A stretch of DNA of 64,000 bases from an uncultured delta proteobacterium (GCA_963745025.1 CAVUWD010000014.1:1-64000); one strand, 5' to 3'. Shown: positions 21,700 to 32,364, counted from the stretch's first letter. The notes: generated by a model from the letters alone, not told the origin. Numbers and translations: made by a program.

Positions 21700-22815
21700 A
21701 TGAGTCGCGTGATCGATGCCGACGGACACGTCGCCGAGCCAAGCATCGTATGGGAGAAGTACACCGAGCCCGCGTTTCGCGACCGCGTGATCCAGATCCG
21801 CCCCAACCCGGGAGCCCCCGACGATCTCTGGATCGACGGCGTGAATCTCACGAGCGGCACGCTGAACGTGGCGGCCACGTGCATCCCGGGCGGGCTCGCC
21901 GACGCCGAGATCTCGCGGCGCGCACGCTGGAAAGACGTGCCGCGCGCGGCTTCGGACCCGCGAGCCCGGCTCGACGTCATGGATCAGGAAGGAATCGACG
22001 TCGCCGTCCTCTACCCGACCCTCTGGCTTCTCTACGGCGACATCCACGATCCGCTCGTCGCCGCGGCCGCCTGCCGCGCTTACGACGACTGGATCGCCGA
22101 CTTCTGCAGCACCGATCCGCGCCGGCTCTTCGCGGTTGCGCCGATGCCGATCCAGAGCGTCGAGGAGGCGGTTCGCGAGATGCGGCGGGTCGTCAAGGAG
22201 CTCGGCTTCAAAGCGGTGTTCGTACGACCGAACCCCTTCAACGACCGGCGTCTCTCCGATCCCGCGTACGATCCCTTCTGGCGTGAAGCGCAGGATCTCG
22301 GAATTCCGGTGGCCGTGCACTCGAGCTTCGGAACCCGCATGCCAACGCTCGGCGGCGACCGCTATCGCAAGAACCCGTTCTTCTTCCACATGGTCTGCCA
22401 CACCTTCGAGCTGATGGCGGCGGCCATGGACGTGGTGTGCGGCGGCGTGCTCGCGAAATTTCCCCGCTTGCGTGTCGGCTTCCTCGAATCGGGAGTCGGC
22501 TGGCTCGGCTACTGGCTCGACCGCATGGATGGTCACTTCGAGAAGATGGGCCCGTACGTGCCTTGGCTCAAGAAGAAGCCGAGCGACTATTTCCTCGAGC
22601 AGTGTTTCCTGTCGCTCGATCCGGACGAGCGCACCGTGGCGGCGATGGTCGATCTCGGGGCGGAGCGGACGATCCTCTGGGGATCGGACTACCCGCACTT
22701 CGACTGTACGTTCCCGGGTCTCCTCCGCGAGGTCGAGCACGCCTGCGCTGGACTCTCGGAGCAAGCGAAGAAGAGCATCCGCGAAGAAAACGCGGCGCGG
22801 TTCTACCGGCTCTAA
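21700..22815 (+). CDS. Amidohydrolase family protein
   Basis: IDADGHV, DVAVLYPT, FLESG, WGSDYPHFD. Confidence 0.92.
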   Translation: MSRVIDADGHVAEPSIVWEKYTEPAFRDRVIQIRPNPGAPDDLWIDGVNLTSGTLNVAATCIPGGLADAEISRRARWKDVPRAASDPRARLDVMDQEGIDVAVLYPTLWLLYGDIHDPLVAAAACRAYDDWIADFCSTDPRRLFAVAPMPIQSVEEAVREMRRVVKELGFKAVFVRPNPFNDRRLSDPAYDPFWREAQDLGIPVAVHSSFGTRMPTLGGDRYRKNPFFFHMVCHTFELMAAAMDVVCGGVLAKFPRLRVGFLESGVGWLGYWLDRMDGHFEKMGPYVPWLKKKPSDYFLEQCFLSLDPDERTVAAMVDLGAERTILWGSDYPHFDCTFPGLLREVEHACAGLSEQAKKSIREENAARFYRL

Positions 22816-22894
22816 GAGCCGCAGACTACAAGATCTGCGCCGCTGAACCGCTCCCGTTGGTCGCGGGCCCTTCTGGAACCACCCGCGCCACGTT

Positions 22895-23737
22895 CTAATG
22901 CATTTCCTGTCCGCCCGACGTGTTGATCGCGGAGCCGGTGATGTAGCGACCCTGATTCGAAGCGAGAAACAGTACGAGGTCGGCCACGTCCTCGGGCTTC
23001 TGGAAGCGTCCGAGCGGAATCTGCGGCAAGATCGACGACTTCAGCTGGTCGACCGTCTGGCCCGAGAGCTTCGCGTACGCTTCCCAAAGGCCGCCGCGCA
23101 AGTCGAGAAGCGGCGTCTCCACCGTGCCGGGGCAGACCGCGTTGACCGTGATCCGGTGCCGGCCGAGCTCCTTGGCCGCGACCTGGGTGAGGCCGACGAT
23201 CGCGAACTTGGCCGCGCAGTACGCACCGAGCAGCGGCCAGCCCGTCTTTCCCGCCTGGCTCGCGACGTTGATGATCGCGCCGCCCTCGCCCTGGCGGATC
23301 ATCTGCCGCGCGGCCTCGCGGATGCCGAGCATCGTGCCGAGCGCCATCACGTCGAGGTTCTGGCGCCATGCCTCGACCGTGAGCTCGGTGATCGGCACGA
23401 GCCCGAGGCCGATGCCGGCGTTGTTCACCATCACGTCGAGGCGACCGAAGCGATCGACGGTGCCGCGAACGAGGGCCTCGACGTCCGCCTCCTTCGACAC
23501 GTCGGCGAAGACGATCTCCGCTTCCGCGCCGCCGCCGCGGAGGTCGGCGCGGATCTTCTCGATCTCGCTCCGGGCGGCCACCTGATAGTCCGGAAACCGC
23601 TCGAAGGAGCGGCCGATGTCGGAGAGGACGATCTTCGCCTTTTCGTGCGCGAGAGCGCGGGCGATGGCTTCGCCGATGCCGCCGACCCGGCCCGCACCGG
23701 TGACCACCGCGACTTTTCCAGAGAGTCCACCGTCCAT
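22895..23737 (-). CDS. SDR family oxidoreductase
   Basis: TGAGRVGGIG, NNAG, YCAAK, NAVCPG. Confidence 0.95.
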   Translation of the reverse strand: MDGGLSGKVAVVTGAGRVGGIGEAIARALAHEKAKIVLSDIGRSFERFPDYQVAARSEIEKIRADLRGGGAEAEIVFADVSKEADVEALVRGTVDRFGRLDVMVNNAGIGLGLVPITELTVEAWRQNLDVMALGTMLGIREAARQMIRQGEGGAIINVASQAGKTGWPLLGAYCAAKFAIVGLTQVAAKELGRHRITVNAVCPGTVETPLLDLRGGLWEAYAKLSGQTVDQLKSSILPQIPLGRFQKPEDVADLVLFLASNQGRYITGSAINTSGGQEMH

Positions 23738-23753
23738 GGGATCCTTTCCCGCT

Positions 23754-24683
23754 TCACGTGCGCAGTCGAAGCGTCACCACCGAACAGATCGAGCGCCGCG
23801 CCACGGTCTCCGCCGTGCTGCCGAGGACGAGCTGGAAAAAGCCCGTGAAGCCGAACGTTCCCATCACGATCACATCCGGCTTCCACGTTTTCTCGTCCTC
23901 GAGGATGGCGCCCGCGCGATCGTAGGCGATTGCCACGGCGGTCTCGTGCGGGATCTCGCCGAGATTCTCCGCTGCGAATCGATCGAGTCGCTCCTTTGCG
24001 GCCCGCTCCGCCCGGCTGATGCTCACGGGCTCGTCGGGCGCGAAGCCGTAAATCTCGCGGCGCATCTCCAGGAAGGCCGGATCGGTGAGGATCACGTGCA
24101 GCAGCCGCACGCGCCCTCGTTGCGCCTCGCCGATCGATCCCGCCAGACGCGTGACCGCAACCGAGGGACGGTCGAAGGCGACGGGTGCGAGCACGTTCTT
24201 CAGCGACTCTTCCGTTGCGAACTGCGGCAGATCCGACGCGCTCCAGACCGCGCAAGGACTGCTGCGAATGAGCTTTTCGTGAAGACCGCCCTGGATCCGC
24301 GCGGAGAGCTCGCTCGCCACCGACTTCGACACGACGATCAAGTCCGACCCGAGCTCCCCCTGCGCCTCGAGAATCGCCGTCGCCGGATTCGACGCGTGCC
24401 GGACGAGCGCGCGCCAGCGCACTTTGCCGAGATGCTTTCGGCCGAGCTCTTCGAGGAGGCCGCTCGCGACCTTCGCGGCGTACTCCTCGTCCGCTCCGCC
24501 CGATTCCTGCGGACGATAGACGGCGCGGTGGAGACGGTAGGACTGCGTGGGAACGACGTGGAACAGGACCACCTCGCCTTCGTTCACTTCGGCGATCCGC
24601 CGCACGAAGTTGATCACCGCGTCCGTCTTCTCCTCGAGACTGATCGGCGCAAGCAGCTTCGTGAATCGTCGGGTCGGTTTCAT
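23754..24683 (-). CDS. Tandem-domain universal stress protein
   Basis: Two USP repeats; DVIVMGTFG...LGSTAETVARRSICSV. Confidence 0.9.
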   Translation of the reverse strand: MKPTRRFTKLLAPISLEEKTDAVINFVRRIAEVNEGEVVLFHVVPTQSYRLHRAVYRPQESGGADEEYAAKVASGLLEELGRKHLGKVRWRALVRHASNPATAILEAQGELGSDLIVVSKSVASELSARIQGGLHEKLIRSSPCAVWSASDLPQFATEESLKNVLAPVAFDRPSVAVTRLAGSIGEAQRGRVRLLHVILTDPAFLEMRREIYGFAPDEPVSISRAERAAKERLDRFAAENLGEIPHETAVAIAYDRAGAILEDEKTWKPDVIVMGTFGFTGFFQLVLGSTAETVARRSICSVVTLRLRT

Positions 24684-24722
24684 GGCGTGCCTCCCACGGA
24701 CCGCGAACGGTCGGCGAACGCG

Positions 24723-25370
24723 CTAACGGATGACGGCACGGTAGAGCTCGTCGATCTCGGCTTCCCCCGCCTCGGCGAGGATCCAGCAACATTGGTTCAC
24801 GACGATCACCCAGTCACCGCCCGCATAGAGCCAGGCCTTCACGGGCGTCCAGCTCGACTTCGACAGATAGGAAAAGGCGCTCGCCAAGCCGTGAAACGCC
24901 ATCGTCGTCGAGGCGACGAGCCGGGTCGCCGTGGCACGCACGTCCGGGCGGAGGCCGATCGTCTGTTTGCAGGCGATCTCGCCGCCGTCGACGGTGTAGT
25001 AGCCGGCGAAGCGGACGCCGTGCAGCCGAAGAAAATCTTCGAGGCCGCCCGGCTCCGCGGCGGCGTCCGGCCGAAACTCAGACTCGCTCGTGCGCACGAT
25101 CGCCCAGTGATCCTGTCGGATCACCGACGACATGTCTCCGCCGGAAAACATGAACCCATGGTACGGCACCAGCGGCAGCTCGGTCAGATGAGAGAACGAG
25201 GCGGCGACGGTGCTGAGGAACATGCGCGTCGTGGCGGCGAACTGCGACGTCATCATCGCAAGTTCTGCCGAAAACGCTTCGTTCGACTTGTAGGCGACGA
25301 GCTTGCCGTCCGGGGTGAACTCGCCGACCGCGACCGTTCCAGCCTTCCCGATGGCTCTCTCGAGGATCAT
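24723..25370 (-). CDS. Tandem DUF2173-like protein
   Basis: AVGEFTPDGKLVAYK repeated as FAGYYTVDGGEIACK; P..G/W...GGD motif twice; GGAGG RBS. Confidence 0.7.
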   Translation of the reverse strand: MILERAIGKAGTVAVGEFTPDGKLVAYKSNEAFSAELAMMTSQFAATTRMFLSTVAASFSHLTELPLVPYHGFMFSGGDMSSVIRQDHWAIVRTSESEFRPDAAAEPGGLEDFLRLHGVRFAGYYTVDGGEIACKQTIGLRPDVRATATRLVASTTMAFHGLASAFSYLSKSSWTPVKAWLYAGGDWVIVVNQCCWILAEAGEAEIDELYRAVIR

Positions 25371-25446
25371 GGCGGAACCTCCTGCGCTGCGGCGCCTGCG
25401 TCGACGCTCGAACTCGTATCCTAATGCCGTGGCGAAGCAAGCGTCA

Positions 25447-25484
25447 AGTCGCGCAGACAGTCGCGCAGACAGTCGCGGAGACAG
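25447..25484. repeat. 12-bp tandem repeat x3 in a divergent promoter region
   Basis: AGTCGCGCAGAC, AGTCGCGCAGAC, AGTCGCGGAGAC, just upstream of TTGACG. Confidence 0.85.
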
Positions 25485-25535
25485 GCGGTTGACGGCATCC
25501 GCGCGGCCGCTTATCTCCCTAGCCGAGGAGAACTG

Positions 25536-26090
25536 ATGGGCTATCGCGCTCCGATTCGCATGCTGCCTTTGGCGCTCGGCCTTCTGATCGTGCTCCCGCT
25601 TGCGGGGCAGGCCCAGACGCCCGACCAGGACGCGGCACGCAATCGGCCGGGCGATTTCGTCATCAATCGTCCGGCGAGCCTCTACGCAGAGCCGAGCGCG
25701 GAGGCTCACATCATTCGCCAGCTCCATCCCCGCACCATCGTCCACGTCGTCGAGGTGCTCGACCAGTGGTACAAGGTGCAGTCGACGAAGGGGCACGAGA
25801 ACGGCTTCGTCCGCCGCTCGTACGCGGACCCCTACGGTGGCGGAGACGGCGGGGCCTCACACGGACGGCGCTTCCGCGTCGGCACCTTCCGTTTGACCGA
25901 TCCGGTCGTCGTGCGTGAGGAGCCGAGCACCAGCTCGCAGAAGATCGCGACGCTTCGGGCCGGCGCCGAGGTGCGTGTCGTCGACAAGGACCCGAGCGGG
26001 CTCTGGTACAAGATCGAATCGGAGACCGGAAACCGACCACCGGGATGGATCCCGACGCAGGCCGCGAAGCGCCTCGGCGAGGGACAGTAG
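25536..26090 (+). CDS. Secreted tandem bacterial SH3 domain protein
   Basis: Signal peptide; two repeats xxEPS...L...V.V....WYKV/I...GF/WI. Confidence 0.85.
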   Translation: MGYRAPIRMLPLALGLLIVLPLAGQAQTPDQDAARNRPGDFVINRPASLYAEPSAEAHIIRQLHPRTIVHVVEVLDQWYKVQSTKGHENGFVRRSYADPYGGGDGGASHGRRFRVGTFRLTDPVVVREEPSTSSQKIATLRAGAEVRVVDKDPSGLWYKIESETGNRPPGWIPTQAAKRLGEGQ

Positions 26091-26164
26091 ACCCACCCGC
26101 CACACCCAACACCCGGGGCTACGGGAAGGGATCCGCGGAGTCTTGCCCGTAACCCGTAGCCCGC

Positions 26165-27787
26165 TCAGCCAGGTAGCGTGTAGTCCTTGAACCGTTCCCG
26201 CAGGTCCTTCTTCGAGAACTTGCCGACGCTCGTCTTGGGAATCGCATCGACGAAGACGACGTCGTCCGGCAGCCACCACTTGGCGAACAGCGGCCGCAGG
26301 TGAGCGAGGATCTCCTCCTTGTCGACCTTACCGCGGAACTCCTCGCGCACGACCACGCAGGCGACCGGCCGCTCCTCCCACTTCGGGTGATGGATGCCGA
26401 TCACGGCGGCCTCGAGCACCTTGGGATGGCCCATGATCGCGTTCTCGAGCTCGACGCTGGAGACCCACTCGCCGCCGCTCTTGATCACGTCCTTGGCGCG
26501 GTCCTGGATGTGGATGTAGCCCTCCGGGTCGACCGTGGCGATGTCTCCGGTCTTGAACCAGCCTTCGTGGAAGGACTGCGGGCTTCGCGAATCATTGTAG
26601 TATTCGCCGACGATCCACGGCCCGCGGACCTCGATCTCCCCCGCCGCCTTGCCGTCCCACGGGCAGGGGCGCCCCGAGTCGTCGACAATGCGAAGCTCCG
26701 TGCACGGCGCCGTGAGCCCCTGCTTGGCGAGCAGCCGCAGACGCTCCTCCCGGCCGAGGCCCTCGAGGCCGACCTTGACGCGCCCGACGGTCACCAGCGG
26801 CGAGGTCTCGGTCATCCCCCAACCCTGGATGAGTCGAATGCCGCGGCGGTCGAACCGATCGATGAGCGCGAGCGGGACTGCCGAGCCACCGCAGAGCACC
26901 CGCCGCAGGCTCGAGATGTCGCGCGGCTCGCGGTCGAGGTGATCGAGCACCCCCGTCCAGATCGTCGGCACGCCTCCGGAGAGCGTGATCTCTTCCCTTT
27001 CCAAGAGCTCGGCGAGGTCGGGCGGCTGGAGAAACTGCCCCGGGAAGACCTGCTTGGCACCGACCATCGTGCACGCGAACGGCATGCACCAGGCGTTGGC
27101 GTGGAACATCGGCACGATCGCCAGGACCGAATCGTACTCCGACAGCGCGAAGCCATCCGCCATCGCGTGGGCCATCGATTGTAGGAAAAGCGCGCGATGA
27201 CTGTAGAGCACGCCTTTGGGATTTCCCGTCGTTCCCGACGTGTAGCACATGGCCGCGGCTTCGTTCTCGTCGAAGACCGGAAACTCGTAGTCGTCGGTGC
27301 CGCTGGCGACGAGATCCTCGTAGCGGACGAGCGGAGCGAGCGACGTCTGCGGCGCTGGGCCGTCTCCCATCACCACGTAGGCCTTCACGTGCCGGAGCTC
27401 GGGCGCCACCTTCTCGAGCAGCGGAACGAGGACGTCATCGACGAATATCGCGCGATCCTCGGCGTGATTGGCGATGAAGACGATCTGCTCGGGGAAGAGC
27501 CGGACGTTGAGCGTGTGGAGGACCCGCTGCGACGCGGGAACGGCGAAGTAGAGCTCGAGATGGCGGTAGTGATTCCAGGCAAAGCTGCCGAGGCGGTCGC
27601 CCGGTTCGAGCCCGAGCTTCGCCAGCGCGGAGGCGAGCCGCCGGACACGGCGACCCACCTCGCCGTAGCTCGTGCGGTGCAGGCCCTGCAGCGTGCGCGA
27701 CACGATCTCGCGCCGCGGATAGAGCTTCTCGGCGCGCTCGAGAAAATGCGTTAGCAGAAGCGCGCGATCCATCATCAGTCCACGCAT
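26165..27787 (-). CDS. Long-chain fatty acid--CoA ligase (AlkK/DmdB-like)
   Basis: [43 protein letters not shown]. Confidence 0.95.
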   Translation of the reverse strand: MRGLMMDRALLLTHFLERAEKLYPRREIVSRTLQGLHRTSYGEVGRRVRRLASALAKLGLEPGDRLGSFAWNHYRHLELYFAVPASQRVLHTLNVRLFPEQIVFIANHAEDRAIFVDDVLVPLLEKVAPELRHVKAYVVMGDGPAPQTSLAPLVRYEDLVASGTDDYEFPVFDENEAAAMCYTSGTTGNPKGVLYSHRALFLQSMAHAMADGFALSEYDSVLAIVPMFHANAWCMPFACTMVGAKQVFPGQFLQPPDLAELLEREEITLSGGVPTIWTGVLDHLDREPRDISSLRRVLCGGSAVPLALIDRFDRRGIRLIQGWGMTETSPLVTVGRVKVGLEGLGREERLRLLAKQGLTAPCTELRIVDDSGRPCPWDGKAAGEIEVRGPWIVGEYYNDSRSPQSFHEGWFKTGDIATVDPEGYIHIQDRAKDVIKSGGEWVSSVELENAIMGHPKVLEAAVIGIHHPKWEERPVACVVVREEFRGKVDKEEILAHLRPLFAKWWLPDDVVFVDAIPKTSVGKFSKKDLRERFKDYTLPG

Positions 27788-27828
27788 GGCCGACGTCCTC
27801 CTGGAGCCGGAAGTATTCGCAAACTCCG

Positions 27829-29724
27829 CTACGGAGGTCCAGGAGCCGGGCCGCCGACGAGGCAGCGCGCCACCTGCGCTTCGACTCCATCGTCGATGGC
27901 TGCGAACTTCCTGCCGAAGAGCTGATCGACGACCCGCGTGAGCGCCTCGCCGCGCCGCTGGGGATCGAGATAGCGCCGCATCTGCCGCGGCCCTCCGTTG
28001 TAGGCAGCGTAGACCACACGTGCCGTCACGTCCGGGGGAACCGGCTTCGCGTCATCGCCCCGCTCCTCCTCGGCCGCTTGGAGGTAGTGAATCAACACTT
28101 CCGCGCCCGCCTGCACGTTGTAGGCGATCTTCCAACGAAGCCTTTCGACCTCATAGAATCCCCGCCAGATCCGCTCGCTGATCTGCAGCATCCCGACCGA
28201 GCCCTGGCTCGAGCGCAGGTACGTCACCGTGCCGTTCGCCTTCCGGAACTGCCGCCAGCAGCTCTCCTGCCACGCCGTCGCCGGCAAGAGCTTGCGGAAG
28301 AAGTCCGCGTCGGCGCGCGACAGCTTCTCGCGGACGGCGATCGTCGACGCGCCGCGGGTGAGAAGCTCGTCGACACGCTTCAGGTAGGCGGTGACCTCCG
28401 GCTCTTCGTCCACTACCCATCCCTTCCAGTCGTGGGAGTGATCGACCGGAGTTTCCGCCCACGCGCTCTCTCCCTCGAAGAGCGTCAAGGGCCAAAACCG
28501 CAGCACCGGGTCCCACCAGCTCGTCGGCTCCGCCACCGGGACGTTCGCATCCGTATCCGACGGTGGCGGCCCGAAGCCCAGCATTCGCCGCAGCACGGGA
28601 TCGATGTCGGGGCTGTACTCCAGGGGATCGCCGGTCGCGGTCGGGGTGATCATGCGCGCCATTCGCCGCAGTCCATCCGCCGAGATCTCGATCCCGAAGG
28701 CCGGTCCGACTTGATCCAGCGCCGCGAGCGCATCTCCCGCAGCGAGGAAGGTGACGACCGCGACCGCATCCGCTCCCGGAAGGTCGCGGGCGATGTCGTC
28801 GGCCACGGGCCGCAGGCGGTCCCAGCTCTTGAGAAAGAGCTGCCGTACCGGATCTTCCTTCCGCGATGGAGCCGCCAAGGCCTCGGCGATTTGGTAGCGG
28901 GCGTCGATCAAGGTCTCGAGCAAGGCCTGACGCGCCGGCTTGCTCAGCGTCTTGGCGCCGAGGCTCTTGATCACGAAGGTGAGGAACGCGTCCCACTGAT
29001 TGACGCGCGCGGTGAAGGCATCGATCTCGGCTTCGCTGAGCGGCGCCTCGGCCACCGACGGCGCCGGCGTGCCGGGCGCCTCGGCGACCTCGAAGGCGGC
29101 CTCGACGACGATCCCTTTCGGCAGCGCATTGACGGAGACGGGACGGAGCGAGTCGATCGCCCGGCGGGCCTCCTCCGCGTGGGACGGCGCGACGATCATC
29201 GACAGGAACTCGCGCAGATCGCGAAACGGTCCGCCGAGATCGACCGTCACCGCGCCGAAGCGCGGTTGTATGCTCTCCTTGATCCGGTCCCAGAGTTCGC
29301 CGACGAAGAGCGTCTTCTCGCCCTGTTCGTTGTAAAGATTGGAGTCGACCACCTCGAAGCGCAGCTGCCAGCCGTCGACGCGCGGCCGCTCGTAGAGCTC
29401 GAGGGAGCCGCCCCAGGCGATCGGCGACAGACATGCCGCACCGAGGTCGGTGCCGAGCCGCGCTTCGCCGTGCGCGACGACGCGCAGCCGTCCGACTTCC
29501 CCTTCGACCTTGGGATCTTGCAAATAGAAGAAGCTGCACTCCCCGGGCTGGCCCCAGAACACCGCACGCTTCTGCGGATCGTTGAAGAGCTCGCGAACCA
29601 GCGCCTCACGAATCACCGTCGGCTCGATGGTGAGCGGGATCCGGACTTCGCGGGCCGAGACGGAGGAGCCGCCAAGCGCGATCAAGAGCCCCAGGAGTCC
29701 GGCGGAGCGGGCAGCGGTCGTCAC
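27829..29724 (-). CDS. Secreted protein with C-terminal lytic transglycosylase (SLT-like) domain
   Basis: Signal peptide; ATAWQESCWRQF, SVGMLQI, YNVQAGAEVL, AAYNGGP. Confidence 0.8.
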   Translation of the reverse strand: MTTAARSAGLLGLLIALGGSSVSAREVRIPLTIEPTVIREALVRELFNDPQKRAVFWGQPGECSFFYLQDPKVEGEVGRLRVVAHGEARLGTDLGAACLSPIAWGGSLELYERPRVDGWQLRFEVVDSNLYNEQGEKTLFVGELWDRIKESIQPRFGAVTVDLGGPFRDLREFLSMIVAPSHAEEARRAIDSLRPVSVNALPKGIVVEAAFEVAEAPGTPAPSVAEAPLSEAEIDAFTARVNQWDAFLTFVIKSLGAKTLSKPARQALLETLIDARYQIAEALAAPSRKEDPVRQLFLKSWDRLRPVADDIARDLPGADAVAVVTFLAAGDALAALDQVGPAFGIEISADGLRRMARMITPTATGDPLEYSPDIDPVLRRMLGFGPPPSDTDANVPVAEPTSWWDPVLRFWPLTLFEGESAWAETPVDHSHDWKGWVVDEEPEVTAYLKRVDELLTRGASTIAVREKLSRADADFFRKLLPATAWQESCWRQFRKANGTVTYLRSSQGSVGMLQISERIWRGFYEVERLRWKIAYNVQAGAEVLIHYLQAAEEERGDDAKPVPPDVTARVVYAAYNGGPRQMRRYLDPQRRGEALTRVVDQLFGRKFAAIDDGVEAQVARCLVGGPAPGPP

Positions 29725-29872
29725 GCAATTGAGGGAGTTATCGCCCCACCCCCGTTCTGACAAGGCCCAGGAGTCGGTCCGAGGAATTCGCCGGGGCGAG
29801 TCGAGCGAGTCGAACGTTCTACTTGAAATCCCTCCGTCGATCCGGCATTTAGGCGAACGGGGGGGTTCGGAG

Positions 29873-30601
29873 ATGCAGTCGAACCGATGCCTTCGGGCGG
29901 CGTTGCGGGCTCTGCTGGTTGCGTTCGTATGCTGGGTTCCATCGGTCCACGCCCAGTACGGCGGCGGCGGAGGGATGGGCACGAACGACCTGGTCAGCTC
30001 GGGCGGCGATAATGGCGTGCAGTCCCGCTACAACAAGGCCACCAAGGGCAGGAGCCTGACGGATTTCATAAAGTACCTCGGCGACGACGATCCCAATAGG
30101 CGGCTCGACGCCGTCAAGTCGCTCGGCGACTCGAACGACCCCAAGGCGATCGACTACCTCATCCAAGCGGTCAACGACCCCGATCCCCGTGTCGAGTCGA
30201 AGGCCGTAGATTATCTCGGCAAGCTCCATGCTGCCGATTCGACACCGTTTCTCGTCCAGAAGCTGTTCACCGTCGGGACCAAGGACAAGCTCCGCCAGCG
30301 GATCGTCATGACGCTCGGCAAGATCGGCGATCCGCGGGCAAGCCAACCCCTCCTCCAGTACGTCTTGCAGGACGGCAATCCCGACATTCGCGGGGCGGGC
30401 ATCTACGCGATCGGTGAGATCGGCGACCAGTCGATCCACGAAGACCTCCAGCGGCTCAGCACATACGAGGACGATCCGCGGCTGAAGCGGCTCGCGAGCG
30501 AGGCGTTGACCAAGATCACCACGCGCCAGCTTGCGCCCGCTCCGCGCAAGGCCGCGACGTTTCCGACGGCGCTCGAGGCGGCCCTCTCGACCGAACGCTA
30601 G
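29873..30601 (+). CDS. Secreted HEAT-repeat protein
   Basis: Signal peptide; repeats LGDDDPNRRLDAVKSLG, LGKIGDPRA, IGEIGD. Confidence 0.85.
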   Translation: MQSNRCLRAALRALLVAFVCWVPSVHAQYGGGGGMGTNDLVSSGGDNGVQSRYNKATKGRSLTDFIKYLGDDDPNRRLDAVKSLGDSNDPKAIDYLIQAVNDPDPRVESKAVDYLGKLHAADSTPFLVQKLFTVGTKDKLRQRIVMTLGKIGDPRASQPLLQYVLQDGNPDIRGAGIYAIGEIGDQSIHEDLQRLSTYEDDPRLKRLASEALTKITTRQLAPAPRKAATFPTALEAALSTER

Positions 30602-30735
30602 CTCGGCAGGATGTCGCATCCCCTTTGATCGCGCTCGTCGGGCGCGATCCGTGACGCACCCTCCTAGCTCGGCAGCCTACGCGGCCGGAGCCGGGATCGC
30701 GACCGACGGTAGCGATCTGTGACGCAGCCTCCTAG
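30598..30735. repeat. CTAG-delimited intergenic repeat element, two tandem units
   Basis: CTAGCTCGGCAG...GTGACGCA..CTC units at 30598 and 30664; relatives at ~32201 and 37454. Confidence 0.8.
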
Positions 30736-30808
30736 CCTCGTCGGCTCGCGGCGATAGCCGCTCCCCCGCTCCGGTTGCCGCCGCGCTCCCGCTTGCGTAG
30801 AAGGAAGC

Positions 30809-31927
30809 ATGCTCGCCATCCGCCTGAAGCAGAAAGAGAGCGTCTTCTACCTCGCCGCCTATCGGGCGGCGGATCTTCTTCGCAAGGTGCAGTTCGTGGG
30901 CAAGGCCTACGAAGGCGAAGACGACTCCGACACGACCGACGACGAGTCGGTCGTGTCCTTCTTTCGTAAAGTTCAGTCCGGGAGACAGTTCTTCCAGCGT
31001 CGCCCGTACGCGCGCAAAGTCCGCCAGATCGCCGAGTTCTACCGCGACCCGATGGGCCAGCCGCTGATTCCGGGCGCCATCCTGCTGTACACGCCCGAGA
31101 TGCTCGCCTTCGATGCGAGCGGTACTTCGCAGCTGATGGGGAACTTGCACGATCCGCGCGAGCCCTTCCTCGTGATCGACGGCCAGCATCGTCTCGCCGG
31201 CCTCGAGGTGCTCGGCCAGCGCCAGCCCGAGACGCTCGAAAAGATCGACGTGCCGTGCGTGATCTTCGACAAGTCACAGGCGGAGTTCGCGGTCGAGATG
31301 TTCGTGATCATCAACTCGACGCCGACGCGGCTCAATCGCTCCCACCTGATCGATCTCTACGACCGGCTGCAGCGCGCCACACCGATCGAGAAGGCGGCGG
31401 CGAAGGCCGTGGCGCTCTGCTACTCGGAAACGGACTCGCCGCTCCATCGCAAGATCGACATGCTCGGTCGGCGCCGCAAGACCGAGCGCTGGATCCGCCA
31501 GGCGAGCCTCTTTCGCGAGCTCCGCCGGCTGGCCGAGAAGAACCAGAAGCTCTTGGGCGAAGAGCCGAACGCGAAGGCGCTGTACGAGGTGACGCGCGAT
31601 TTCCTACGCGCGGTGCGCCGCACGTTCGCCGACGCCTGGGACCACCCGCGCTATCATGTGACGACCGACGTGACGCTGATGGCGATGATTCGCGTGCTCG
31701 GCGACTATCTGAAGAGCGCCCGCGGCCCGCGGACGTTCGAGGCAACCGAGCGGCAGCGTGCCTTCGAAGGGCTCATCGATCCGTGGCTGCGAATGGTCCC
31801 CGAGTTCCGCGGGGAAGGATTCTACGAGCGCTTCGCGGCGCGCGGGCAAGTCGAGCGCGTCAGTGTCATTCACCGGGCGCTCGCCAACGCGATCGGCGTC
31901 GGCGCTCGCGCGGTCGCCGAAAGATAA
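30809..31927 (+). CDS. DGQHR-domain protein (ParB-like/DndB family)
   Basis: FQR, IPGAILL, VIDGQHRLAG, MFVIINS. Confidence 0.9.
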   Translation: MLAIRLKQKESVFYLAAYRAADLLRKVQFVGKAYEGEDDSDTTDDESVVSFFRKVQSGRQFFQRRPYARKVRQIAEFYRDPMGQPLIPGAILLYTPEMLAFDASGTSQLMGNLHDPREPFLVIDGQHRLAGLEVLGQRQPETLEKIDVPCVIFDKSQAEFAVEMFVIINSTPTRLNRSHLIDLYDRLQRATPIEKAAAKAVALCYSETDSPLHRKIDMLGRRRKTERWIRQASLFRELRRLAEKNQKLLGEEPNAKALYEVTRDFLRAVRRTFADAWDHPRYHVTTDVTLMAMIRVLGDYLKSARGPRTFEATERQRAFEGLIDPWLRMVPEFRGEGFYERFAARGQVERVSVIHRALANAIGVGARAVAER

Positions 31928-31942
31928 CGGCCGGGGCGTCGA

Positions 31943-32158
31943 TCAATCGGAATCGTCGCCCTCGTCGTCTTCTTCTCCGCTACCCGAATCGTCGGAGTCC
32001 CCATCATCGTCGGCAGCGACCGCTCCCGGGTGGACCGCAGCCGGGTGGGCGAAAGCGGCCGCTTCCGCGGACGGCACCGATACTCCGCGTCCGGCGATTC
32101 CGAGCGAGAGCGCGAATCCGAACAATGCCAACAGAAAACGCAGTCCTTCTGGTTTCAT
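31943..32158 (-). CDS. Small secreted protein with acidic tail
   Basis: MKPEGLRFLLALFGFALSLG...DDDGDSDDSGSGEEDDEGDDSD; AAAGG upstream. Confidence 0.5.
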   Translation of the reverse strand: MKPEGLRFLLALFGFALSLGIAGRGVSVPSAEAAAFAHPAAVHPGAVAADDDGDSDDSGSGEEDDEGDDSD

Positions 32159-32364
32159 GTCCAACCTTTCTCGCCGAGGAGCCGAGGCTCGAGGGCTATC
32201 TCGGTAGCCTGCGTCGGCCGGAGCCGGGTCGGGACCAACGGAGCGACCTCAGACGCAAACTCCTAATTTCACTGTTAGCATACGGCGTCGGCCAGACGAA
32301 GCGGGAATCGTTTCCCTCCGTGTGATGCCTCAGTCTTCGCCTCCGGCGCTCGAGATCCGGAAGC

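Noticed and set aside
30598-30735. CTAG repeat units as a mini-CRISPR or attC cassette array
   Set aside because: Only two units, internal parts are related hairpins rather than unique spacers, and no integron integrase or cas gene is present
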